The notes under the pieces are model-generated. The model worked only from the letters and a program-made list of their open reading frames with translations. It had not been told where the DNA came from and did not search any database. Source: Bacilli bacterium (GTDB taxonomy: Bacteria; Bacillota_I; Bacilli_A; RFN20; CAG-826). Taken from it: a stretch of DNA of 64,000 bases. Both the position numbers and the translations under genes were made by a program. Positions 12,039-20,918 of the stretch are shown here, piece after piece. The DNA is taken from positions 26,026 through 90,025 of the forward strand of contig JBMSKF010000002.1 in NCBI GenBank assembly GCA_049419605.1. The letters are read 5' to 3'. The stretch's first letter is position 1. Each line of letters opens with the position of its first letter.

Positions 12039-13319
12039 ATGCTAGATCTCCAACTCATTAAAGATCACACCCAAAAAGTTGTATCTTTATTGGCAAAAAA
12101 AGGCTTCACCGTCAACTTTAATGATCTTCTTAAAGATGCTCAATTACGCAAACAATTGTTATTGGAAGTAGAACAAGTTAAAGCTGAAGCTAATAAACTT
12201 TCTGCATCAGTACCTGAAGCAAAAAAAGCAGGAAAAGATGTACAGGCAATTTTTTCACAAGTCAAAACACTTAATCAATCCATTCAAGGAAAAGAACAAG
12301 AACTAAAAGCGCTTGAAATTAAGATTGAAAACTTTTTATTAGAATTACCCAACCTACCAGATGAAGATCTCAAGGAAGGTGGTAAAGAAAACAACGAGGC
12401 TATTCGTGTTGTTGGAAGACAACCAACATTCGCTTTTAAACCAAAAGACCACGTTGAACTTGCAGAACAATTAGGAATTATTGATTATCAAAGAGCAGCG
12501 AAAATATCAGGTGCAGGTACTTGGATTTACCGTGGAGTGGGTGCCCAACTTGAGTGGGCTTTACTGAACTTTTTTATCAGTGAACATCTAAAAGATAGCT
12601 ATGAAATGGTGCTATTACCGCATTTATTGAATTATGAATCAGGTCTCACTGCTGGACAATTCCCAAAATTTAAAGATGACGTGTTTTGGTTAAAGAAAAC
12701 CGAACCAGAAAAATTTCTCTTACCGACTGCCGAAACTGGATTAGTGAATCTTCATCGCGATGAAATATTAGATGGATCTTTGTTGCCAAAAAAATATTTT
12801 GCCTATACCCCTTGCTACCGTTATGAAGCAGGTAGTTATCGCAGCGAAGAACGAGGGATGATTCGTGGATATCAATTTAACAAAGTTGAATTAGTGCAAT
12901 ACACTCGTGAAGAACAAAGCCCAGAAATGTTTTTGGAATTGGTTGCAAAAGCATCGTCTCTTGTAGAAAAACTTGGATTACACTTCCGGGTTTCCAAATT
13001 AGCGGCAGGAGATTGTTCTCATTCCATGGCAAGAACCTATGATATCGAAGTTTATATCCCTTCACTTAATATTTATAAAGAGGTCTCCTCAGTTTCTAAT
13101 GCACGTGATTATCAAGCAAGAAGAGGAAAGATTCGTTATAAAGATCCTCTGACACAAAAAACAAAGTTTGCTCACACGTTGAATGCATCTGCATTAGCCA
13201 CATCTCGCATTGTTCCTGCCATTTTAGAACAATATCAATTAGCGAACGGAGATGTAAAAGTTCCTGATGTTCTCGTTCCTTTTATGGGTGGATTAACCAT
13301 CATTGGCAAACAAAAATAA
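12039..13319 (+). CDS. serS: Seryl-tRNA synthetase
   Basis: An N-terminal coiled coil and class II motifs ('YTPCYRYEAGS', 'NASALATSR'). Confidence 0.95.
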   Translation: MLDLQLIKDHTQKVVSLLAKKGFTVNFNDLLKDAQLRKQLLLEVEQVKAEANKLSASVPEAKKAGKDVQAIFSQVKTLNQSIQGKEQELKALEIKIENFLLELPNLPDEDLKEGGKENNEAIRVVGRQPTFAFKPKDHVELAEQLGIIDYQRAAKISGAGTWIYRGVGAQLEWALLNFFISEHLKDSYEMVLLPHLLNYESGLTAGQFPKFKDDVFWLKKTEPEKFLLPTAETGLVNLHRDEILDGSLLPKKYFAYTPCYRYEAGSYRSEERGMIRGYQFNKVELVQYTREEQSPEMFLELVAKASSLVEKLGLHFRVSKLAAGDCSHSMARTYDIEVYIPSLNIYKEVSSVSNARDYQARRGKIRYKDPLTQKTKFAHTLNASALATSRIVPAILEQYQLANGDVKVPDVLVPFMGGLTIIGKQK

Positions 13320-13788
13320 ACGAAGTTCACAACCATTCAGTGATGAGCACTGGATGAAAGAAGCTTTAGCAGAAGCTAAGCTCGCTTTTGCACAAGACGA
13401 AGTTCCGGTTGGTGCAGTGGTTGTGTTTGAAAATAAAATTATTGGTAGAGGTCATAACCTCAAGGAACAACACCAAAAGGTGACCGCGCACGCAGAATTG
13501 ATTGCCATTCACCAAGCAAGTGCTTTCCTTCAATCTTGGCGCTTAAAAGGATGTACCCTTTATGTGACATTGGAGCCATGCATGATGTGCACAGGTGCGT
13601 TGATTCAAAGTCGAATTGATCGCATTGTGTACGCATTAAAAGATGAAAAAAGTGGTGCTATAGAATCACAACTTCAGATGAAAAAAATTCCCCGATTACA
13701 ACACAAACCAAACCTTACGTCATCCGTATTAAGTTTAGCATCGCAACAATTATTAAGGCAGTATTTTCAAAAAAAACGTCATGAATAA
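13303..13788 (+). CDS. tadA: tRNA-specific adenosine deaminase TadA
   Basis: CDA zinc motifs 'HAELIAI' and 'PCMMCTGAL'. The start could instead be the internal ATG at 13354. Confidence 0.9.
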   Translation: MANKNKRSSQPFSDEHWMKEALAEAKLAFAQDEVPVGAVVVFENKIIGRGHNLKEQHQKVTAHAELIAIHQASAFLQSWRLKGCTLYVTLEPCMMCTGALIQSRIDRIVYALKDEKSGAIESQLQMKKIPRLQHKPNLTSSVLSLASQQLLRQYFQKKRHE

Positions 13789-14815
13789 ATTAATCATTCT
13801 ACCCATTATTTTGGTTTCTTTATCCGGTTGTAATCGCAGCGTTTCATCCAGTCTTTTTTCTTCTTCCACAACCTCTATCCCAATTCCTAATGATGACTTT
13901 AATCCACTCATCAATGGAAGAACCATCTTAAAAGAAACTTTGATTCAAACGACTTATCATCAAGTTGCAGGTTCTGAACTTGCTCCTTTGCCGTTGTCAG
14001 AAATTAATTTTCCAAGAATCGATGGTGTTGTCACCGATTATGCGGTTGAAGATGCGGTTGAAGGGAATTTTTTAGATCAAAACATTCAATTTTCTGGTCA
14101 AAATCCCACCATCCCTTCTCAGTTATCTTCTTTAACCCATCAACAATTTATTGAAGATCAGGCGGCTTTTGTTGTTTTACAAGATTTACAAGTGAGCGAT
14201 GAGCGGTTTAATCAACTTCAATCTACGAAAAAACATCGTGATTTAAGTCATGTTTATTATGGTTCTGATTATTACTGGTTTAATCAATTCGTAGAACAAG
14301 AACAATTTACCATTACTCGCCACACCAATCATGTTTTGTATGGTCAATGGCAGAAAAACAAGATGTTTCAAACCGAAGTCAGTATAAACATCGATGTGGC
14401 TTATCAACTCTATGCTGACGCCTCTATGATTTATGAAATTACTGACGAAACTTATCCAAATGGATTCTTTGGTGCTCAAGATCAAAAATTTGAAACCATT
14501 CGCACAGAAGATAATTTAAAGATTGCTTTAACCTTAGGCCCCGTCACAACCTTCTTACAACAATGGTATCGATTTGAAAACAACCAAACCCCTTTGATGT
14601 TCCCTTTTCATGGCGATATTGCTCTTGCGAATCGTTCATTATCCATTACCAAACAAGGAGATTCACTTTACCAATTCAAACTACAAGTCTATCTCGGTAG
14701 CTCATTTGAATCTGCAGAAGAAAGTTATCAAATGACCAGCACACTTCGTGGTCACCAATGGGAACAAACTGAACAACACTATCAATTATGGCAACCAAGT
14801 CCTACCAATCCATAA
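13781..14815 (+). CDS. Lipoprotein of unknown function
   Basis: Signal peptide plus lipobox 'LSGC'. It overlaps the end of tadA by 8 nt. I recognise no family. Confidence 0.75.
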   Translation: MNKLIILPIILVSLSGCNRSVSSSLFSSSTTSIPIPNDDFNPLINGRTILKETLIQTTYHQVAGSELAPLPLSEINFPRIDGVVTDYAVEDAVEGNFLDQNIQFSGQNPTIPSQLSSLTHQQFIEDQAAFVVLQDLQVSDERFNQLQSTKKHRDLSHVYYGSDYYWFNQFVEQEQFTITRHTNHVLYGQWQKNKMFQTEVSINIDVAYQLYADASMIYEITDETYPNGFFGAQDQKFETIRTEDNLKIALTLGPVTTFLQQWYRFENNQTPLMFPFHGDIALANRSLSITKQGDSLYQFKLQVYLGSSFESAEESYQMTSTLRGHQWEQTEQHYQLWQPSPTNP

Positions 14816-14840
14816 TTTGAAAGTGATAAAATAGAAAAAA

Positions 14841-15941
14841 ATGAAAAAAGAAGAATTAACAACGTTGGCTGTGTATGCGGTGATGATTGCCATTGCCATC
14901 TTCGTTGGCGTAAACATTATTGCACCAGCATTTGTAAGACTTGGGATCACTGGTATTTCACAATATGGTTATGCAATCGTAACCATCTTCGGTGCATTTA
15001 TCATTAACGTCGTTGCCTTAGAATTAGGTCACATTCTGGGTGCTCTACTGGGTGGATATGCAATTAATACAGTCAATATATTAGGGTTGGGTTTTGTCAG
15101 AACCAAGGAAGGTTTCCGCATCAAACTTCAACCATATGAAGGTTTAACTGGTGAAACGACCGTCACACCTAAAGCAAAAAAAATTAAACCCCGTTTGTTT
15201 TTGTGGGGTGGATTGTTTGTTTATCTGATTGAAATCATCCTTGCATTAGTTGTTGCTTATGGCTTATTTAACGAGCTGCAATGGGGGCGTTATGCTGCTA
15301 TCGTTGTTGTTGCCGTCGGCGGCATGCTCATGATTTATAACTTTATGCCATTTAAATTAGACACAGTCACCGATGGGTATCGTTTAGCTACTTTAACAAC
15401 AACGCAAGGGAACGCTGCTTACGTTGAGTTACAACGTATTGAAAAAGCATATAAAGAAGGCAAAGATCCACAACCATTTCAAGTTGGAAAAGATCTCAAT
15501 AACTTAACCATTCAAATTTATTTTCACAAGATTTATCAAGCATTGGTCGATGAAGATTATGCCGGGGCGGCAAAAGATCTAAAGTTAGTTTCATCGTCTC
15601 CACGTCTTGGAGAAACCCTTCAACAAAAAATCTTTGTGCTTCAGACCTTCATTTATTTTATGGAAGCAAAACCAAAAGCTGCGAGTACGTATTACTACAA
15701 GCTTGATTCTAAACAACGAAAATATCTTAGTCATGATGCGAATATGATCACACTCACGACGTATCTATTTGTTGCTGGTTTGATTGAAGAATCTTATTCG
15801 GAAGCGAGTTATACGTTTGAACGCCAGCACGTTGCCATTAAAAAAATCCATGAATCAGGGCGCAAGGCTGCCGAATCAATCTTATTTAATCGTGTATTAA
15901 AGCTTGTAAAAAAGAAAAATCCTACTTGGCGGTTTTCTTAG
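14841..15941 (+). CDS. Polytopic membrane protein with a degenerate site-2-protease (M50)-like core and a C-terminal helical-repeat domain
   Basis: 'ALELGH' (15021-15032 encodes ELGH) sits where M50 peptidases carry HExxH. 'NFMPFKLDTVTDGYRL' resembles the NxxPxxxLDG motif. The soluble tail of about 170 aa is helical. Confidence 0.6.
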   Translation: MKKEELTTLAVYAVMIAIAIFVGVNIIAPAFVRLGITGISQYGYAIVTIFGAFIINVVALELGHILGALLGGYAINTVNILGLGFVRTKEGFRIKLQPYEGLTGETTVTPKAKKIKPRLFLWGGLFVYLIEIILALVVAYGLFNELQWGRYAAIVVVAVGGMLMIYNFMPFKLDTVTDGYRLATLTTTQGNAAYVELQRIEKAYKEGKDPQPFQVGKDLNNLTIQIYFHKIYQALVDEDYAGAAKDLKLVSSSPRLGETLQQKIFVLQTFIYFMEAKPKAASTYYYKLDSKQRKYLSHDANMITLTTYLFVAGLIEESYSEASYTFERQHVAIKKIHESGRKAAESILFNRVLKLVKKKNPTWRFS

Positions 15942-16335
15942 TACTTTGACTAAACTTACCTTCAACTTTTAGGCGTAATCTTTTAGTGAGTTCAAAAAAT
16001 TTAATCACCGCAAAAAGTAAGACTGCAATCATTAGGAAGTCGATTAAGGATTGAATAAACAAACCAAATTGTAGACGAATGGGAACTTCAACCCAACCGG
16101 AAGGTGGATTACTCAAACCTTGTTCAGATTCTACAGTTGCCACCCCTTCTTGTAGGGTGAGATACCACTGAGATAAATCAGTTTGGACTAACCAACCCAC
16201 TAATGGCATCAGTACATAATTGACAAGACTTGAAACGATCTTTTGAAATGCGGCCCCGAGCATGAAGGCAACCGCCAAATCAATCACATTTCCTTTAGAA
16301 ATGAAGGAAATAAATTCTTTTGTTAATTTTTTCAT
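15922..16335 (-). CDS. mscL: Large-conductance mechanosensitive channel MscL
   Basis: The N-terminus 'EFISFISKGNVIDLAVAFMLGAAFQKIV' is the MscL signature. It has 2 TM segments, and AAAGGAGA lies upstream. Confidence 0.9.
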   Translation of the reverse strand: MKKLTKEFISFISKGNVIDLAVAFMLGAAFQKIVSSLVNYVLMPLVGWLVQTDLSQWYLTLQEGVATVESEQGLSNPPSGWVEVPIRLQFGLFIQSLIDFLMIAVLLFAVIKFFELTKRLRLKVEGKFSQSTKKTAK

Positions 16336-16385
16336 TCTTAATCTCCTTTAATTATGATACTTTGTAAATAGGAGAACGCGCAAAT

Positions 16386-16694
16386 ATGTCCATTATTCAA
16401 AACCTCATTCCTTTTGTTATCCCCACCATTGCAATCTCAATGACACAGTTTCTTATTTATATGAATTTGGTTAAAAATCTGCAATGGAAAACCGTGATCT
16501 TCGGTAATTTAATTTTATTAGGTGTTGGTGTTTTGTTTTCCATCATTGGTTTGATTGTTGCCCAAGGCGAACCTGGAAGTTGGGCGGGTTTAGGATTCAT
16601 TATCCTGTTAATCATGTCATTGATTACTGCAGTTGTCTCAACTTTTATTTCTGTTGTGATGATGATGTTAAAAGCAAAACAAAAAGCTTCATAA
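16386..16694 (+). CDS. Small 3-TM membrane protein (paralog 1)
   Basis: 102 aa. It shares its architecture and a 'PGSW..L' loop with the next ORF. Confidence 0.65.
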   Translation: MSIIQNLIPFVIPTIAISMTQFLIYMNLVKNLQWKTVIFGNLILLGVGVLFSIIGLIVAQGEPGSWAGLGFIILLIMSLITAVVSTFISVVMMMLKAKQKAS

Positions 16695-16707
16695 AGGAGA
16701 ATTCATC

Positions 16708-17019
16708 ATGGAAGAATTGTTTGGTTTAGTTGTCGCGTTGGGACTATTTGGTGGTATTCAATTTCTTGTCTATCGGTTGTATACAAAAACAAAAAAAGTA
16801 GGTTTATCCATCTTACCTAATCTAGGTATTTTGGTCCTTGGATTAACTTTTGCAATCATTTTGATGGTTACCGCTTCACAAACCCCGGGTAGTTGGGGTG
16901 ACTTAATTGGCATTGTGATGATTATATATTCTGTGATTGGAAGTGGATTTTCTACACTGGTTTCGTTTTTGATGATCTATTTAATCAAACAAAGAAAAAA
17001 CCAACCTAAGAAAGAATAG
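16708..17019 (+). CDS. Small 3-TM membrane protein (paralog 2)
   Basis: 103 aa. 'SQTPGSWGDLIGIVMIIYSVIGSGFSTLVSFLM' aligns with 'QGEPGSWAGLGFIILLIMSLITAVVSTFISVVM' in paralog 1. Confidence 0.65.
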   Translation: MEELFGLVVALGLFGGIQFLVYRLYTKTKKVGLSILPNLGILVLGLTFAIILMVTASQTPGSWGDLIGIVMIIYSVIGSGFSTLVSFLMIYLIKQRKNQPKKE

Positions 17020-17036
17020 GTTGGTTTTGATTTCGT
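16999..17036. terminator. Bidirectional rho-independent terminator
   Basis: The stem AACCAACCTA/TAGGTTGGTT has an 8-nt loop, an A-run upstream and a T-rich tract downstream. It lies between convergent genes (16708-17019 on plus, pmbA on minus). Confidence 0.7.
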
Positions 17037-17045
17037 TAAACTGAA

Positions 17046-18371
17046 CTACTTACCAGCGATGGTAAGTTTTTTAATGTATAGACTTGGCACATCGTAGCCT
17101 GATGATAACAATTCATTATCACTGGCAACTTCTTTAACGTTCATAAACATATCCATTAAGTTACCGGCTACGGTGATTAAGGTTAAAGGTGTGCTACGTT
17201 TACCATTTTCAATCATGAATCCATTTGCTTGTAATGAGAAGTTACCTGAAGTTGGATTCAAACTAGCGTGGACACCCATGACTTCGGTAATGTAAACGCC
17301 ATCACCAATTTTGGCAAAGAGTTCTTCCAATGACTTACGTCCTGGTTTTAAGACGATGTTTTGGAAACCAACCCCAACTTTACCACCCGATCGATAACCA
17401 TTACCGGTCGTTTGAACGCCGTCCTTATGAGCGGTGTTTAAGTTATGGAAATACGTTTGTAAAACACCTTTTTTCACCACGGTTTTGTTATAGGTGGCAA
17501 CCCCTTCATCATCAAAATACGTAAAGAAAGCATTTTTCTTGAGAGGCATTTCCATGATGGTGACTTTTTTGCTCGCGACTGGTTGATTGAGTTTACCAAT
17601 CATCAACGAGGTTTTCTTTTGGACTTCATCTGCAGAAGCGTTATCTAAGTAAGCAGATAGTAAATCTGCAACGACTTCTTTATCTAAAACCGTTTTGTAA
17701 TCTTTTGATGGGCATTGTGTGCCACCAAATTTGATTAAAGCTTTACTAATAATTTTATTAACAAAAGTATCCACGTTAAAGGTGGTTAAATCGTTAGAGA
17801 AGTGGACATCGCCTTCACTCTTCCGTTCTTCGCCTTGAATCGCAAGAACACCAGCATAGTAATAATAGTAATTACTCTTTCGTTTAAGTTGTAAACCATA
17901 GGAGTTTAGTAACATCGCTTCTGATTCACGTTCTTGATAACTGCAAGCATTCACTTGAGCAATACGTGAATCTGCTGCTTTTAACTTACGTTCAATTTCA
18001 AATAAGTTTTGTTTTTTCACATCGATAGAGAGTTCTGCGATAGCGGGGTTGTATACTTTTTTCTTTTTATATTTTTCTGAACCCTTAAAGATAATGGCCA
18101 ATTCTTCCTTGGTAACGGTGCCAGCGTTCGTGATGATTTCGTTAATTAAGAATGCTGGGGTTTCCTTACTCATTTTTTCTGTGGAAGCATATCCAATTTT
18201 ACCTTTGTAAATACCGCGGGCATAAAGGGAAATATCTTCAGAAAGTTTATAACCTTCAATCTGCGCATTATATAATTTAAAACTTAATGACTTCGCTCTT
18301 GAGTAATAGAGTTCTAAAACTTCTACACCTTTTTCTTTTGCTAATGCAAAATAGGCATCAAATTTTGCCAT
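17046..18371 (-). CDS. pmbA: Metalloprotease PmbA/TldE
   Basis: PmbA_TldD family, paired with tldD. I chose the start 'MAKFDAYF' at 18371, which is preceded by GAGGAGGA. Confidence 0.88.
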   Translation of the reverse strand: MAKFDAYFALAKEKGVEVLELYYSRAKSLSFKLYNAQIEGYKLSEDISLYARGIYKGKIGYASTEKMSKETPAFLINEIITNAGTVTKEELAIIFKGSEKYKKKKVYNPAIAELSIDVKKQNLFEIERKLKAADSRIAQVNACSYQERESEAMLLNSYGLQLKRKSNYYYYYAGVLAIQGEERKSEGDVHFSNDLTTFNVDTFVNKIISKALIKFGGTQCPSKDYKTVLDKEVVADLLSAYLDNASADEVQKKTSLMIGKLNQPVASKKVTIMEMPLKKNAFFTYFDDEGVATYNKTVVKKGVLQTYFHNLNTAHKDGVQTTGNGYRSGGKVGVGFQNIVLKPGRKSLEELFAKIGDGVYITEVMGVHASLNPTSGNFSLQANGFMIENGKRSTPLTLITVAGNLMDMFMNVKEVASDNELLSSGYDVPSLYIKKLTIAGK

Positions 18372-18372
18372 G

Positions 18373-19770
18373 TTATTGTCCTCCTCGACGACCACCAACG
18401 GTGATTTCAGTCACACGAATGGTTGGTTGACCCACATCGGTTGGGATACTACCAGAGGCAGCACCACACATTCCTTGCGCTCTAGCTAAGTCATTAGCGA
18501 CCATGTCAATTTTCGCTAAGGTTTCATCACCTTTACCAACTAAAGCAGCCCCTTTAACAGGTTCTGCGATTTTGCCATCACGAATCATATAACCTTCTGA
18601 AACGGTGAAGTTGAATTCACCAGTAGCGGGATTCACAGATCCACCACCCATTTTCTTTGCATACAAACCATATTGAGTTGCAGCAATAATTTGTTCAACA
18701 GTATGAGGACCGTTTTCAATATAAGTGTTCGTCATTCTTGAAGTAGGTTCAAATTTATAGTTTTGTCTACGAGAGTGTCCATTTTGCTCAGCCTTCATGC
18801 GTCGACCATTGAATTGATCAATCATGAAACTATTTAAAACACCATCTTTGATTAGTTGAACTTTTTGTGCTGGGAAACCTTCATCATCGACGTTGGTAGA
18901 ACCCCAACCAAACGGAATGGTTCCGTCATCAACGGCATTGACGATTGGGTTTGCGACTTGTTTACCGAGTTTATCCCAGAAAACAGAAAGTTTCTTTGAG
19001 ACCGATGATGCTTCAAATGGGTGACCACATGCTTCGTGGAAAATAACCCCACCAAAACCATTACCGATGACGACTGGCATTTTACCAGAAGGACATTCTG
19101 CTGCACTGAGCAAGGAAATTGCACTTTTTGCAGTTTCAATTGCCATTTCTTTTAATTTAATTTTTGATGTAAAGAAATCAAAACCGTCACTTGCACCAGG
19201 GCCTTCGCCAAAGTTTTCAATTTTACCGTTTTCTGCGGCAACCGCGATCATATAAAGTCTTGTGCGACGACGTGTATCTTCAACATATCGACCTAATGTA
19301 TTAAAGATGGTCACATTTTTAACCATTTCATTAAGATACACATTCGTTCTGACGATACGCTTGTCATAGGCTGCCATGGTGTCATTCACTTCTTTAAGTA
19401 GATCAATTTTTTCTTTAACCGAAATCGTTTCCATCGGTTGAGTAGATAAATTGATAATTTCTTTCACTCTAACCTTTTCTAAAGGTGGTGGCGTTAAAAC
19501 GCGTTCACCTGAAAATGCTTTTGCAACATCTTGGGCTAGTTTAGTCAAACTCTTCTTGGATAAATCTGAGGTATACCCATAAGCACTTTGTAAACCCTTA
19601 AGAACTCGAATACCCACGCCATAACCATTGGTTGAAACTCTTTCTTCAACCTTCCCGTTTTCCATGGATAGATTAGAACTTACGGTGTCTTCTAGATAAA
19701 TTTCAGCAAAATCTGCTCCAAATGCGGTTGCTTCAAGTAGCAAAGCGCTCGCTAATTTCTTAGAAATCAT
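18373..19770 (-). CDS. tldD: Metalloprotease TldD
   Basis: The metal-binding motif 'HEACGHPFEA' is present. I chose the start 'MISKKLA' at 19770, which is preceded by GGAGGAAAC. Confidence 0.9.
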   Translation of the reverse strand: MISKKLASALLLEATAFGADFAEIYLEDTVSSNLSMENGKVEERVSTNGYGVGIRVLKGLQSAYGYTSDLSKKSLTKLAQDVAKAFSGERVLTPPPLEKVRVKEIINLSTQPMETISVKEKIDLLKEVNDTMAAYDKRIVRTNVYLNEMVKNVTIFNTLGRYVEDTRRRTRLYMIAVAAENGKIENFGEGPGASDGFDFFTSKIKLKEMAIETAKSAISLLSAAECPSGKMPVVIGNGFGGVIFHEACGHPFEASSVSKKLSVFWDKLGKQVANPIVNAVDDGTIPFGWGSTNVDDEGFPAQKVQLIKDGVLNSFMIDQFNGRRMKAEQNGHSRRQNYKFEPTSRMTNTYIENGPHTVEQIIAATQYGLYAKKMGGGSVNPATGEFNFTVSEGYMIRDGKIAEPVKGAALVGKGDETLAKIDMVANDLARAQGMCGAASGSIPTDVGQPTIRVTEITVGGRRGGQ

Positions 19771-19912
19771 ATGTTTCCTCCACAATAATAAAATCATTTT
19801 AACAAGTTTTTATCGAAGTGACTATTAATTTTTAGTTGATATGCACAAGACTTTACACAAACTTCACAGCATATCCTTAGCACTTTTAAAGTTATTATGC
19901 TTTAATAAATCT

Positions 19913-20037
19913 GCCTGGTACGAATGGTTGTTCATCACCATTCTCGTTCCTTGATCGGCTTATGATCCGCTCTCATTGAATGTGATACCAGCGCCACAAG
20001 TAAATTAATTTCTTGGTTTCCAAGAAATTTTTTATTT
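19913..20037 (+). ncRNA. Candidate small structured RNA or cis-regulatory leader (class not recognised)
   Basis: A putative promoter reads TTAGCA (19877-19882), 18 nt, then TGcTTTAAT (19898-19906). A closing helix pairs CTGGTA 19915-19920 with TACCAG 19986-19991. A 7-bp hairpin runs GAATGGT...ACCATTC (19922-19943). An intrinsic terminator follows at 20007-20037. There is no plus-strand ORF to terminate. Confidence 0.3.
20007..20037 (+). terminator. Rho-independent terminator with no upstream plus-strand CDS
   Basis: The stem AATTTCTTGG/CCAAGAAATT is 10 bp with a 3-nt loop, followed by TTTTATTT. Confidence 0.7.
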
Positions 20038-20099
20038 AGTTTGTTATATAGATATGGTTTAATCTAAATGAACATCTCATGATGTAAGGAGAAAAAACT

Positions 20100-20867
20100 A
20101 TGAAAATCAACAAAATGTTACCTTTATTTGCCACTTCGCTCGTCTTAGCGGGTTGTTTAGGACCTCAAACCTACTTTTCTGATGTCTTTAATACGATGAA
20201 CGATCTTTACTTTCCAACGTTAGACAATCAAAACCGTATCACGTCTAATTTTGAAGTAGAAGCGGTGCTATCAGTTGATGATAAAACCACGAATTATGCA
20301 ATTTACTTATTTGGCTCTGGAATAAAACTCGTTAGTGTGTCACCAGACACTAATGAAGGTGTTGAAACTACAAGAACTTTAACGATTGTATATGACTATG
20401 CCGAGGGAGGTTTGTTTGCCAAAAGAGAATTTGCCAACACCCCCAATCAAGTTGATAAAGTTTTTGATGCCTTTGATGAAGCATCATTTGATATGTTTGA
20501 TACTGCTGTAGATACTGCCAATTCAGTATTATCTGAAGAAACGAAATCGATCATTAATAACCAAGCAACTAATCTCATTATTGGTGGTCAACCTGAAACC
20601 CAAGATGTCAAAGTATACACCTTACCAGTTGGTAACTTTATTGACCTAGCTAGTTTTGAAAGCACAGTAGGTTTTGTACCTACGGATTTAGACGTGGTTG
20701 TGTCCTTTACTACTAGCACTAATGAAGGCGAAATTAGTATCAATGCCTCCGGCAACGACAAAGTCTATGAAGCCACTATTACCTTTAGAAACCCCGATGT
20801 GTTAATTCCTGCAGACTACCTCTTAAGTGACACCGAAAAAGCCACATACGAAGGGTTTGTAGCCTAA
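20100..20867 (+). CDS. Lipoprotein of unknown function
   Basis: Signal peptide plus lipobox 'LAGC', with an AAGGAGA Shine-Dalgarno. Confidence 0.75.
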   Translation: MKINKMLPLFATSLVLAGCLGPQTYFSDVFNTMNDLYFPTLDNQNRITSNFEVEAVLSVDDKTTNYAIYLFGSGIKLVSVSPDTNEGVETTRTLTIVYDYAEGGLFAKREFANTPNQVDKVFDAFDEASFDMFDTAVDTANSVLSEETKSIINNQATNLIIGGQPETQDVKVYTLPVGNFIDLASFESTVGFVPTDLDVVVSFTTSTNEGEISINASGNDKVYEATITFRNPDVLIPADYLLSDTEKATYEGFVA

Positions 20868-20877
20868 CAAAGAAATA

Positions 20878-20912
20878 AAAAAACCGGTTCTCAATAGATC
20901 CGGTTTTTTATT
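20878..20912. terminator. Bidirectional rho-independent terminator
   Basis: AAAAAACCGG (20878-20887) pairs with CCGGTTTTTT (20900-20909) around a 12-nt loop, between convergent genes. Confidence 0.75.
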
Positions 20913-20918
20913 TGCAAA

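Noticed and set aside
19841-19954. 37-codon ORF (MHKTLHKLHSISLALLKLLCFNKSAWYEWLFITILVP) in the tldD-lipoprotein spacer
   Set aside because: It has no Shine-Dalgarno and no suitably spaced -10 box. It also runs across the predicted promoter and into the RNA helix. It cannot be excluded as a micropeptide, but nothing supports it.
19982-19993. 'GTGATACCAGCG' resembling the T-box core GGTGGTACCGCG just upstream of a terminator
   Set aside because: It has one substitution and one insertion relative to the core. The UGGN bulge that pairs with the tRNA NCCA end would be broken (UGAU). No Stem I, specifier or AGAGA-type elements are seen, and the downstream gene is a lipoprotein rather than an amino-acid-related gene.
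19913-19999. tRNA, SRP RNA or TPP-riboswitch identity for the structured segment (it ends in ...GCGCCA and contains 'CCTTGATCGGCTTATGATCCGC')
   Set aside because: There is no T-loop (GTTCRANYC) and no 7-bp acceptor pairing. The SRP domain IV motif (GGAA tetraloop with AGCA loops) is absent. The TPP 'CTGAGA' element is also absent. These are only superficial resemblances.
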